NCBI GenBank assembly: GCA_965248445.1
Contig: CBDFJG010000001.1
Location: 288,001-352,000, forward strand
Source: Planctomycetota bacterium
GTDB taxonomy: Bacteria; Planctomycetota; JAJSAM01; JAJVHW01
DNA length: 64,000 bases
Reading direction: 5' to 3'
Shown: in pieces, positions 40,099-49,197 of the stretch
Layout of the letters: each line of letters begins with the position of its first letter
Numbering within the stretch: the stretch's first letter is position 1
Program-made: the position numbers and the translations under genes
The notes under the pieces: generated by a model
Seen by the model: the letters and a program-made list of their open reading frames with translations, nothing else
Database searches by the model: none
Told to the model about the DNA's origin: nothing

Positions 40099-42105
40099 CT
40101 ACTTGTACCTCAGCCTCGTGCCGACATCGTTGACGCTGCAGACCTGCACAGCATGTTCGGTCACTCCGTCGTACCTGACGGAGAAGTAGAACGGGGCCGA
40201 CCCGATCGGGAACGTCCCGAGGTCGATGTCGCGTGCGAACACGCGCAGCCGGCCCCTCGCGAAGTCGAACTCGACGAACCACACGTCTGGCGGCTTCGCC
40301 GCGCCCGGCGGGTCCGGGCGGACGATCCTCACGCGCATCGGGAGGTTCTGCGTGACGTTCGCGAGCTTGGGCACGATGACGTCGTACGTGTTCCCGGGCT
40401 CGCCCATGCGAAGGTGGATGGCTCCCGTGATGGAACTCAGTTCCGGCAGCGCGGCAATCAGACTCAGCGAGTCGTTGCCCGGGCCGGCGGGGATCTTGGC
40501 CGTGATCCTCTCGATCGCCAGTGCCGGGTCGACTCTCGGCTGCATGCCGGTGCGGAAGGACCCGCCGACCAGGATGACGTCGCTCGCCACGACGAAGGCG
40601 CCCCTGACCACACGGAAGTGGAGCAGGTCGCCCGGTCCCGACGGCGGGAGCGTGTCGGTCCAGTTGATCACGACGATCGAGACGCGCGCCTTGGACGAAG
40701 GAGCGCGCGGCGGCTTGACCGTCCTCCGGAAGTTGCCGGCGCGGACTGAGAAGCTGGTGCCGCGCCGGTTCGGCTTGAGGCCGTTGGGCAGGCTCTGGGT
40801 GAGCGTCCCGTACTCCACCGTCATCGGCTGTGTGAAGTCCACGGTCTTGTCGCCCAAGTCGAGGCAACCGCTGAGGCGCAGTTTCCCGCCGATCGTGCGG
40901 ACGGACCTCAGGGCGAGGAACCCGTTCGGCGGAACCGGCAACGGACCGAACACGTGTTCGTCCGCGCCGTCGTTGGGGTTCGTGCCGTCGACGTCCACCT
41001 CAGGGCCGTCGTCGACGCCGCCTGAGTCCGTGTCCGCCGTGTTCGGGTCGGTGGCACCGTGCCCGTGGCTGGCGCCCGCGCTGTCCTCGCCGTTCGACTC
41101 CTTGTCATCCCTTAGCGTGTCGGCGTCGGTGTCGGCGTCGTTCGGGTTCGTCGGGGCTCCGTCAAAGGCATTTCCGCTTCCGCTGGTTTCGGCACCGTCG
41201 TTGATGGTGTCACTGTCGGAATCCGCGTTGCTCGGGTCGGTCGGATCGCCCGGCCCGAACGGGTCGCTGACACCGCTGATCTCATCGTCGTCATCGATGT
41301 TGTCCGCGTCGGTGTCGGCGTTGTTGGGGTCGGTGACGAAACCGTCGGCACCTGCGACCACCTCTTCACCGTCGTTGATCGTGTCGTTGTCCGAGTCCGA
41401 GTCGGTCGGGTCGGTCTGAGCTCCGCCGAACGGGTTGAGCGCACCGCTGATCTCATCGTCGTCATCGATGTTGTCCGCGTCGGTGTCGGCGTTGTTGGGG
41501 TTCGTGATGAAGCCATCAGCCCCTGCAGCCACCTCTTCACCGTCGTTGATCGTGTCGTTGTCCGAGTCGGCGTCGTTCGGGTCGGTGGGCCCGAAACCCG
41601 TCAAGTTGCCTGCCGAGTCTTTACCCGCGATCTCGTTCGTGTCCGCGAGTCCGTCGCCGTCGCTGTCGGGCGCAGTGACGGTGAACACACAACTCCAAGC
41701 GTGCGCATTGACGGCGAAGTTTGTGAACAACTGCACGCAGTACGTCCCCGGGCCGACAGACACGTTCGTGTTGGACGACGTGCCGGTGGTATTGGGATTG
41801 AACGAGCTGCAGGCGTCAAAGCCCCACGTTCTGGTCTCGCCGGCGCCGCCCGTGATACTGAAACTGATGTTCGTGATCGTGTGATTGACGGGCACGACTA
41901 CGTTGTACGTGTCCTGATTCGTGGTCGGCGTTCCCGGTAGCGTCCCCCGCACCGTGTTCGTGCCCCCGGTCATGGTGATGTTCGTGACGAAGCCGTTCGG
42001 CAGGTCCCCGTCGACGGCCTCGTTGTAGTTGTCTGCGTTGGCAGTCGCCAACGGCACGAGCAGGAACAGACAGAGGGGCAGAATCCCCTTGATGAAGCTT
42101 CTCAT
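40099..42105 (-). CDS. secreted protein with thrombospondin-type-3-like Ca-binding repeats
   Basis: RBS GGGAGG, signal peptide, N-terminal beta domain, repeated TDP..AD(S/T)D.D.I.D..E units and a basic beta-rich C-terminal domain. Confidence 0.85.
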   Translation of the reverse strand: MRSFIKGILPLCLFLLVPLATANADNYNEAVDGDLPNGFVTNITMTGGTNTVRGTLPGTPTTNQDTYNVVVPVNHTITNISFSITGGAGETRTWGFDACSSFNPNTTGTSSNTNVSVGPGTYCVQLFTNFAVNAHAWSCVFTVTAPDSDGDGLADTNEIAGKDSAGNLTGFGPTDPNDADSDNDTINDGEEVAAGADGFITNPNNADTDADNIDDDDEISGALNPFGGAQTDPTDSDSDNDTINDGEEVVAGADGFVTDPNNADTDADNIDDDDEISGVSDPFGPGDPTDPSNADSDSDTINDGAETSGSGNAFDGAPTNPNDADTDADTLRDDKESNGEDSAGASHGHGATDPNTADTDSGGVDDGPEVDVDGTNPNDGADEHVFGPLPVPPNGFLALRSVRTIGGKLRLSGCLDLGDKTVDFTQPMTVEYGTLTQSLPNGLKPNRRGTSFSVRAGNFRRTVKPPRAPSSKARVSIVVINWTDTLPPSGPGDLLHFRVVRGAFVVASDVILVGGSFRTGMQPRVDPALAIERITAKIPAGPGNDSLSLIAALPELSSITGAIHLRMGEPGNTYDVIVPKLANVTQNLPMRVRIVRPDPPGAAKPPDVWFVEFDFARGRLRVFARDIDLGTFPIGSAPFYFSVRYDGVTEHAVQVCSVNDVGTRLRYK
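41271..41590. repeat. 171-bp coding tandem duplication
   Basis: caccgctgatctcatcgtcgtcatcgatgttgtccgcgtcggtgtcggcgttgttgggg occurs at both 41271 and 41442. Confidence 0.85.
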
Positions 42106-42367
42106 GACGCGACCTCCCATGGTGCTGCGTCGAACGGCGCACTTCCCTGAGCACTGACGGCCACCCACCACGAGCGGCGCGCTCCCCTTGCTGCGCCCCA
42201 CGCAGACCGTCAAGCCCGGCGACCCGCGTAGAGGCACGAGGATATCGAACTTGCGACCGGGTCGCAACGGGGTGAGCGACTCCGGTCACGGATCGCTGTC
42301 GCTCACCACGGCAGGTGGCGGAAGTCGCCAGATCCGACGCCGTGCAGGACGGCTCGCGCGGGACCTT

Positions 42368-43462
42368 CTACCGCCTCGACGGACCGTGCGGGTCCGTGAC
42401 CGGTACCTCGCCCTCCCAGTCGACGCCCTTCTTGCGGCCTTCGCGGATGTGCTCGCGGGCGTCCTTCGTGCCGGGGGCGTGCGCCTTCATCGCTGCCGCG
42501 AGCGCCTTCTCGAGGGAGTCGGCGTCGGTCTTCGCGGTCTGGGCGAGCACCTTGCCCTCGAGTCCGAACGCATCCGGTTGCACGATCACGAGCGCTGCGT
42601 CCGCAGCAACTTCCGCGATCTTCTCCAGGTCCTTGCGTTTCGTGGTCTCCGCCCAGACGAGGCGGCCGATGAAGTCGTCGGCCCACGCGAGCGGACGCAG
42701 TTGCTTCTCGAGTGCCTCACGCGCCGCGTCCGTCTTGGCGACGACGATGGCCGTCGGCAGCATGTCGCACGCGGCGACGTTCAGACCGAGGCGCACGTCC
42801 TCGACGTACGGCATGGTCCCGGGGCCCGTCTTCCCCTTCTGCTTCTTCGCGTACCGCGCCGCGATGTCCGTCAACGTCGCAACCATCTTGGTGACGTCCT
42901 CGCCGCCGGGGCTGTCCGGCCGTCCCCGCCGAGGACGACCGTCCCCGAGCGCCATCTGCGGTGAGCGTCCGGCGCGCGTGAGCTTGGTCTCGCCGTCGGG
43001 GGCGAGGATCGAGAAGACGGTGTTCTCGAGCTGGCCGCTACGTCCGGTGAAGACCGTCGCGAGGAACTCGGCTTCGTCCTTGTCCTCGTACGTCGAGAGA
43101 CGCGCGCACACGAACTCGCGCGAGACCGCGACCACCTCGGGCTGGGACAGGAAACTCCTGTCCATGTTCTGCTTGCCGGGTCACCAGATCCCCGAGATGC
43201 CGTGGCACTGGGGTGCCGCGGACAGCAGGAAGATCGGCTTGCCCGTCCGCTCCGCCTCGGCCTTCGCGCCGTCCCACGTCCCGAACCACTGCACCAGCGT
43301 TCGCTCGGCAGCGGCCTCGCCGCTTCCGGCAACGGGGCCTTCGGGGCGAGGCGGGCCGCCTCTTTCGCCTCCCGGCGGGCCGCCGCGGTCCTGCGCAGAC
43401 GCGACGGACGTCGCGGCGGCGAGGCACATCACCAGGATCAAGCTGCTCTTCATGCGGGACAT
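42368..43462 (-). CDS. exported thioredoxin-fold-like putative selenoprotein (C86-x7-U94), 364 aa by UGA read-through
   Basis: RBS GGAGGAG and signal peptide. VQWFGTWDGAKAEAERTGKPIFLLSAAPQCHGISGIW-TGA(43183-43181)-PGKQNMDRSFLSQPEV continues in frame, with a hairpin downstream. Confidence 0.82.
43145..43163 (-). promoter_or_regulatory. putative bacterial SECIS hairpin
   Basis: Minus strand GGACAGGA-GTT-TCCTGTCC: perfect 8-bp stem with a G-starting loop 26 nt after the UGA. Confidence 0.72.
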
Positions 43463-43578
43463 GGACTCCTCCGAGGCCCGAAGTCTCCATGGCGGTCCTT
43501 GCGCAGTTCTTACGCACGATCGACCGGGCGGGAGGTCGCGACGGGCACCGCCCCCACCGGTCCTGCGATACTGCCGCC

Positions 43579-44763
43579 ATGCGCAACCTCCGGGCATTCG
43601 CGCCGGCCGCGCTGGCCGGCGCTCTCTTTGGTCTCCTCGGGACCGTCGTCATCGCAGCAGACGACGAGACGGGCGGTGCGCTGCGGGGAGACGTCGGTGA
43701 TCGGGACGGGGTCACCAAGGGAGCAGAGGTCGCGGCCGGACCGCTCGGGTGGAACCCCGACTTCGGCGAACACGTGGCGACCACCACGACCGACGAGCTC
43801 GGCAAGTTCTCGCTCGAAGGCGCTCCGCTCGGGCCGATCGACGTCTGGGTGCGGCCCAAGGACGGCAAGTGGAAGTTCTCGATCCGCATGATGCACCCAG
43901 GGGTGAACGACCTCGAGGTGAACGCGACGCCGGTGCGCGAGTACCCAGATGACTTCGGCGGATTCGGCGACGACAAGGGTGAACCGCGCACAGGCGTGGT
44001 GCTCGACAACAAAGGGAAGCCGCTGGCCGGCGCAGCGGTCGGCGCATCCGGAAGCGGCCTCGCGTGGACCGTCACCGATGCGGACGGGAAGTTCGCTTTC
44101 GAGAAGCTCGCGAACGGAGACCGGTTGCTCGTGCGCGCGCGCGGCTTCAAGGACAAGATCGTCGAGTTGAAGAAGAAGAAGAAGGTGAAGGTCAAGCTGG
44201 GCGTCCCCAAGCCGACCACGGTCCTCGTCGTCAACAAGGCCAAGGAGCCCGTCGCGGGCGCATGGGTCACGCTCGGGGACGAAGACCGCATGCTCGGCAC
44301 TGAGGGCTTCAGTCAGTTCCCGCCGGCAGACCGACTCGTCGGCGGCTGGACGAACGCGGCGGGCGAGGTGCAGATCCTCTGGCCGGGAAAGAACACCAAG
44401 TCCCTCGCCACGGCGTACGCGCACGGGTTCGCGCCCACGCGCGGCAAGTTCACTGCGGCGAAGCGCACGACGCTCACGCTCGAGCCGGCCAAGCCGGTGC
44501 GCGCGATCGCCGTCGTGAAGGAGTCTGGCTACACGCTCAACGACGTGTTCGTGGGCGCGCTCCACAAGAGCTCAGGCGGCGTCGACACCATCTCCGCCGT
44601 GCCGCAGGCCGATCAGCGCGGCCCGATCGTGCTCGGGCGCACCGATCAGAACGGCCAGTGCGTGATCCCCGCGCTGCCACTCGACTCGAAGATGCTCTGC
44701 GTCGTCGGCGAGCAGCGCCGCCACGCGAACGTCACTACGGAGCCGGTCGGAGCGGTCGAGTAG
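43579..44763 (+). CDS. secreted carboxypeptidase-regulatory-like repeat protein
   Basis: Signal peptide and repeated G.V.D..GKPLAGA.V...TDADGKF units. Confidence 0.8.
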   Translation: MRNLRAFAPAALAGALFGLLGTVVIAADDETGGALRGDVGDRDGVTKGAEVAAGPLGWNPDFGEHVATTTTDELGKFSLEGAPLGPIDVWVRPKDGKWKFSIRMMHPGVNDLEVNATPVREYPDDFGGFGDDKGEPRTGVVLDNKGKPLAGAAVGASGSGLAWTVTDADGKFAFEKLANGDRLLVRARGFKDKIVELKKKKKVKVKLGVPKPTTVLVVNKAKEPVAGAWVTLGDEDRMLGTEGFSQFPPADRLVGGWTNAAGEVQILWPGKNTKSLATAYAHGFAPTRGKFTAAKRTTLTLEPAKPVRAIAVVKESGYTLNDVFVGALHKSSGGVDTISAVPQADQRGPIVLGRTDQNGQCVIPALPLDSKMLCVVGEQRRHANVTTEPVGAVE

Positions 44764-44964
44764 AGAAGCGGCTCACCGCGCGCTGCAGGCGATCCGACAT
44801 GAACTCGCGGTGAACAGAACTCGTCGCGACGTGCTCGCCCGTGTTCACGGTGTCGTAACTCGGCGTCTGCAAACTCCTCTTCCTCACGGCATTGCGGGGC
44901 ACGCGAGCGCATGGGGCGCGAGCGGAACCCGATCGGGCCGTGTGCAAGACGGATGGAGGCAGAC

Positions 44965-45705
44965 ATGCGCAAGATCAAGCGTATCGCGTTGGCTTTGCTG
45001 CTCGCCGGCGTTGTAGTGCCGTCGGGTACGGACGCGCTGGCGGGGAAGGAAGAGGTCGAACTCGCCGATGCGGCGGTGTTCATCGAGTGGAACTTCACGG
45101 ACACCGACTTCGGGATCCACTTCTTCTGGGACGGAGTGGGCTGGGAGAAGATGAAGGTCCGGGACGATCGGGGAAAGACCGTCCTGCAGGTGAAGACCTC
45201 CAAGAACGTGAAGGCGCAGAGCCTCACGGAGGCGATGTTCGAGAGCCGCGAGCCGCCGGCTTCCGAGCTCTCGATGGAGCAGTTCTTCGACCGCTTCCCA
45301 GAGGGCACGTACGCATTCAAGGGGAAGTCGTTCGACGGCAACAAGCTCGTAGGCGAAGCCGACTTCGCGCACACCTTGCCTGCGCCCACCACGATCACGT
45401 CGCCCACCGGCGGCAGCACGCAGTCCGCGGACGGTTTCACGTTCAGTTGGACCGAGGTGACGCAGGACATCGACGGCAACGACATCACGGTGGAGGGCTA
45501 CGTCGTCGTGATCGAATCGACGAGCGAGGACCCGGCAGTCGAACTCGAGCTGTTCGTCCCGTTCGGCACGAACTCACTCGACATCCCCGGTGAGTTCATC
45601 ACTCCGGACAACACCTACAAGGCCGAGGTGATCGTGATCGACGAGGAGAGCGGCAACCGGACGATTCGAGAGTCCGGGGAGTTCTCCACCGACTCCGGAT
45701 CGTAG
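44965..45705 (+). CDS. secreted hypothetical protein (FN3-like C-terminus)
   Basis: RBS GGAGG, signal peptide, FIEWNFTDTDFG, FESREP and FPEGTY. Confidence 0.8.
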   Translation: MRKIKRIALALLLAGVVVPSGTDALAGKEEVELADAAVFIEWNFTDTDFGIHFFWDGVGWEKMKVRDDRGKTVLQVKTSKNVKAQSLTEAMFESREPPASELSMEQFFDRFPEGTYAFKGKSFDGNKLVGEADFAHTLPAPTTITSPTGGSTQSADGFTFSWTEVTQDIDGNDITVEGYVVVIESTSEDPAVELELFVPFGTNSLDIPGEFITPDNTYKAEVIVIDEESGNRTIRESGEFSTDSGS

Positions 45706-45727
45706 GGATCACGACCCGGATAGACGA

Positions 45728-45759
45728 CGCCCGGGAGGAGCCTGTGCTTCTCCCGGGCG
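45728..45759. terminator. hairpin between convergent genes
   Basis: CGCCCGGGAGGAGC-ctgt-GCTTCTCCCGGGCG 14-bp stem with one G-U pair. Confidence 0.65.
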
Positions 45760-45767
45760 CTCGCTGT

Positions 45768-46718
45768 CTAACGGCCGAGTTTGCGCCGCAGGTCGTTCGT
45801 CAGACGCACGGCGTCGTCGTAGTGATCGCCGATGCGCAGGCTGGATCGCGAGACGACCAGCGCGCGGTCGAGGGCGCCCTTGAGGTCCTTCTTCTTCGCC
45901 AGATCGCGCGCTTCCTGGAGCGCCTTCTCCTGGCGTTCGAGCCGTTCCTCGACTCGCCCCCAGTACGGCTTGAAGTGCTTCTTCACGCTGCTCTCGAGGA
46001 ACTTTGCGATGTCGCGCGAGCGCCGCATCGGCGGCGCACTCTCCACGACGTGTAGACCGGCGTCGACCACGACCATGCGCGGCCCGGTCGCGTCACCGAA
46101 GTGGCGCAGGAGGGCGGGATCGCTCTTGTCGATCTCGACGCGCACCAGCCGGTAAAGGCGCGCCCAGCGGGCGACGATCTCGTCGTCGATCGCGAGGCAC
46201 TGCTTCTCTTGCTTCTTGAGCACGGCGGCGGGGGTCGTCGGGGCGGCCTCGTCTCCGTAGTGCGACACGTGCAGGTGCACGAGCGTCGGACGCGTCTCCG
46301 CCTTGCGGATCCGCAGCAGCGACCGCACGCGGGACTCGATGTCGTCGGTACCGTCCGCGTCGGGCGGCTTCGTTCCCTCGTCGCCCCCGGTCACTGCCTT
46401 GGGCTGGGTCAGGTAGATGCTGCGCCAGCGCGTCTTGGTTCGATCGGTGTCACCGCCGGTCGTGGCGGGACTGCCGTATCCGCCGCCGGTCGTCGTAATG
46501 CCGCCGCCGGGCTTGTCGTCCCCGCCACCGGTCACGGGTCCCGCCGGCCGGCCGGGCTGTTCCTTCTCCGTCTCGGGACCGTTGGTGCCCGGAAGCGTCT
46601 CTCCAACTGGGGCCGTCACGACGACCGAGCCGTGACCGGGTCAGGTCGGCGGCAGGACCCCGAAGATCGACATCGCGGCGACGAGCACAGGCAGCGAAAA
46701 GGCGTGCAGCGTGAGCAT
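45768..46718 (-). CDS. putative exported selenoprotein (U26 in PPT-U-PGHG) with Gly/Thr linker and degenerate thioredoxin-like domain, 316 aa by read-through
   Basis: RBS GGGGAG, ATG at 46718, 25-aa hydrophobic leader and TGA at 46643-46641. The frame continues into ORF 45768..46619, which has no RBS or leader of its own. Confidence 0.6.
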
Positions 46719-46819
46719 TGCTTCTCCCCCGGTAGCGGCGTCGGCTGCACTCGCGCGCGCAGCCATGCCGACGACGCCGATGATAGACGCGATCGGCGAG
46801 TCCGGCACGGGGCGGCCTC

Positions 46820-47446
46820 TCAGTCGGGCTTCCGGGCCAGTACGAGCGTGTGGCCCACGTCGCCCTCGGGCACGAACCGGGTCCACTCGACGCGGAACCC
46901 AGCCTCCTCGATCCAGCGGACGTTCGTCGCTTCGTCGGCGTGGCTCCACGCCATCAACCCCTCTTCGACGTCGAGGTACTGCTCGTCTGTACCGGTCCAC
47001 TCCTCGTGACCGACGATCGCCAGGAAGACGCCGCCCGGCCGCAGCCAGCGCGCGACGTCGCGATAGAGCGGCGCGTGCGCCGCGAGTGGCATGTGGATGA
47101 TCGCGTAGAACGACACGACCGCGTCGAATGCCGCCGCAGGCAGGTCGAGCCCCACGACGTCGGCGCAGACAAGCCGTGCATCCGGCACCAACTTGCGCGC
47201 GCGTTCGATCTGCACACTCGAGAAGTCGACGCCGGTGACGTCGTATCGCCGCGCCAAGAGCCTGGTCGCCGGCAGCCCGCAGCCGCACCCGAGATCGAGG
47301 ACTGGCGACCCCTCCGGAACGCGCTCTGCGAGCATGTCGATCCACTCGGCGTACTGCTCGTAGTCGTCGGGAGTCTCATCGGACCGGTACACGAACGAGA
47401 GCCGGTCGTAGCCGCGACGGACGATCTCACTCTGGTTCTTGATCAC
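46820..47446 (-). CDS. class I SAM-dependent methyltransferase
   Basis: VLDLGCGCG, GVDFS and FDAVVSFYAIIH. GTG start overlaps the upstream TGA. Confidence 0.9.
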   Translation of the reverse strand: MIKNQSEIVRRGYDRLSFVYRSDETPDDYEQYAEWIDMLAERVPEGSPVLDLGCGCGLPATRLLARRYDVTGVDFSSVQIERARKLVPDARLVCADVVGLDLPAAAFDAVVSFYAIIHMPLAAHAPLYRDVARWLRPGGVFLAIVGHEEWTGTDEQYLDVEEGLMAWSHADEATNVRWIEEAGFRVEWTRFVPEGDVGHTLVLARKPD

Positions 47447-47850
47447 GGCGGCGGAATCTTCCAGGTCTCGTGCACGTGCCGCCACAGGAAGCCGCCCGGA
47501 GCAGCATCGTCGCGCGTAAGCAGGACCGTGGAGATGCGCGCGGTCGTGTACTCGGCGTGGTCATGCCACTCCTCGTAGGTGGCAACCACCGCGTCGCCCT
47601 CGTTCCAGGCGACGCCCGGGTTTTCGATTCGAATGCGAATCGAGCGAGCGCCGTGACCCTCGCGAATGTTCGAGAGCTTCTGCGACCGCGAGACAAGGTC
47701 ACCCCGCGGCGAGATGAAGGTGAAGCCCGCTCCGATCGAGGCTTCGATGCGTCCGAGGTCGTCCGACTCGCCGCGAAGCCAGCGCTCGAACTCGACGTGG
47801 AGCGCCGCGATCTCGGCGGCTACAGCAGACGACAGGTCCGGGTCGGTCAT
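47443..47850 (-). CDS. DUF4440/NTF2-like protein
   Basis: EIAALHVEFERWLRG, FTFISPRG, ATYEEW and WRHVHETW. Confidence 0.85.
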   Translation of the reverse strand: MTDPDLSSAVAAEIAALHVEFERWLRGESDDLGRIEASIGAGFTFISPRGDLVSRSQKLSNIREGHGARSIRIRIENPGVAWNEGDAVVATYEEWHDHAEYTTARISTVLLTRDDAAPGGFLWRHVHETWKIPPP

Positions 47851-47896
47851 GATGCAACGTTAGCGACGCCCTGCCGGCGAAGCGAGACCGCGGCTC

Positions 47897-49114
47897 CTAC
47901 CTCACCAGTTCGCGCGTTTCGTCGCTGGAGACGAACGTGGTCTCAACGTGACGGCCATTCGCACGGAACGTCTGTTTGGGCAAGATGTGCAAGCGCCAAT
48001 CGATCCGCAGGGACGCGGTCGGAGCGGACGAGTCGCTGATCTTCGAGCTCGTCTCGATGATGAGAGTCGAGAACGTCGCGTCGGCGTGCAACTGGATTCC
48101 CGTGCCCTCTTCGGTCACTGGCTGGCCGCGAATCACCACCGTCCCACCGGAGCAATGCACGCGGGCGGACTCGAGGACATGCCGTCCGCGCCACTTGGAC
48201 TGGTTGACGTTGATCATCCCGTCCCGCATGTCCACACGCCCGCTGAGCACGAAGGCGCCGCCGCGCGACGAGTTCCGGAGCTCGCCGCCGAGGATGGTCA
48301 GCACCGAGCCCGAGCGCCAGATGTCGTCGTCGATTTGCACGACGCCGTCGTGGATCGTGATCTCGGCTTCGCCGAAGTCGGCGTCGCCCCCGGCGATGAA
48401 CTTCCCCGAGTAGACCGTCAGCGTGCTGCCCGGCAGCCACGAGCGTTCACCGCGATCGGTGCCGTTTCCGTTGAAGAACCGGCAATGGAACTCGCCGCCC
48501 TGGATGACCAGATCACCTGCGATCTGGAATCCGTACGCCGCGCGCGTGTCCCACTTGGACCCTGCCTCGATGATGAGCGTCGCGTCCGGACGCACGTACA
48601 GGCCGGCCTCACCGGGCTTCGCGTTCTTGCGCGAGTGTGTGCCGAACGCGCCTCGCAGCCGCTTGATCCCGCGCGTCATGTCGATGCGCGTTGCGATGAG
48701 CTTCCCTTCGAGCGACTGGTCGTCACCGTCGGGCACCAGGATCGTGTCACCGGCCAGCAACGTCCCCCGAACCACGACATCGCCGCTGACGTGGACACGT
48801 CCCGCCGGCAGCGTGCGCGTCTCGCCCGCCGCAACGGTCAACTCAGGCAAGACAAGCGTCGTAGTCGGTGCGGGCGGGGATGGCGTCTCTCGCCCGGGCA
48901 GCTCCTCGGCTCGGTCGTTGGCGCGACGTCGGCGCGTCTCCCGCCGACGGGAAGAGTCCTCTGTACGCGAGTGCGTGGCGGGCTCCCGAAGTGCGTCGGC
49001 CGGGTCAGCCGATCCGGCGGGATCTGTCGCACCCGATCGGAGCGCCATCGCGCCGACCGCGGCCGCCAGGACGACCGCGGCGATCAGGCTTGTTCCGATC
49101 CAGACTCCACGCAT
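47897..49114 (-). CDS. membrane-anchored beta-solenoid-like hypothetical protein
   Basis: N-terminal TM, Pro/Arg linker and repeating L.I.GG beta strands. Confidence 0.7.
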   Translation of the reverse strand: MRGVWIGTSLIAAVVLAAAVGAMALRSGATDPAGSADPADALREPATHSRTEDSSRRRETRRRRANDRAEELPGRETPSPPAPTTTLVLPELTVAAGETRTLPAGRVHVSGDVVVRGTLLAGDTILVPDGDDQSLEGKLIATRIDMTRGIKRLRGAFGTHSRKNAKPGEAGLYVRPDATLIIEAGSKWDTRAAYGFQIAGDLVIQGGEFHCRFFNGNGTDRGERSWLPGSTLTVYSGKFIAGGDADFGEAEITIHDGVVQIDDDIWRSGSVLTILGGELRNSSRGGAFVLSGRVDMRDGMINVNQSKWRGRHVLESARVHCSGGTVVIRGQPVTEEGTGIQLHADATFSTLIIETSSKISDSSAPTASLRIDWRLHILPKQTFRANGRHVETTFVSSDETRELVR

Positions 49115-49197
49115 CGTGTCCCTCGCAGCGTTCGATGCTACTCGTTGGGGAGAAACCACCGCGCCATGCGCAGGCACGATCATCTAGCGTTGACGTG

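Noticed and set aside
44764..44964. Intergenic stretches (also 26665-26800, 30106-30419, 42106-42367) as riboswitch or ncRNA
   Set aside because: I recognised no conserved riboswitch or tRNA motif by eye. An Rfam/Infernal scan would be needed.
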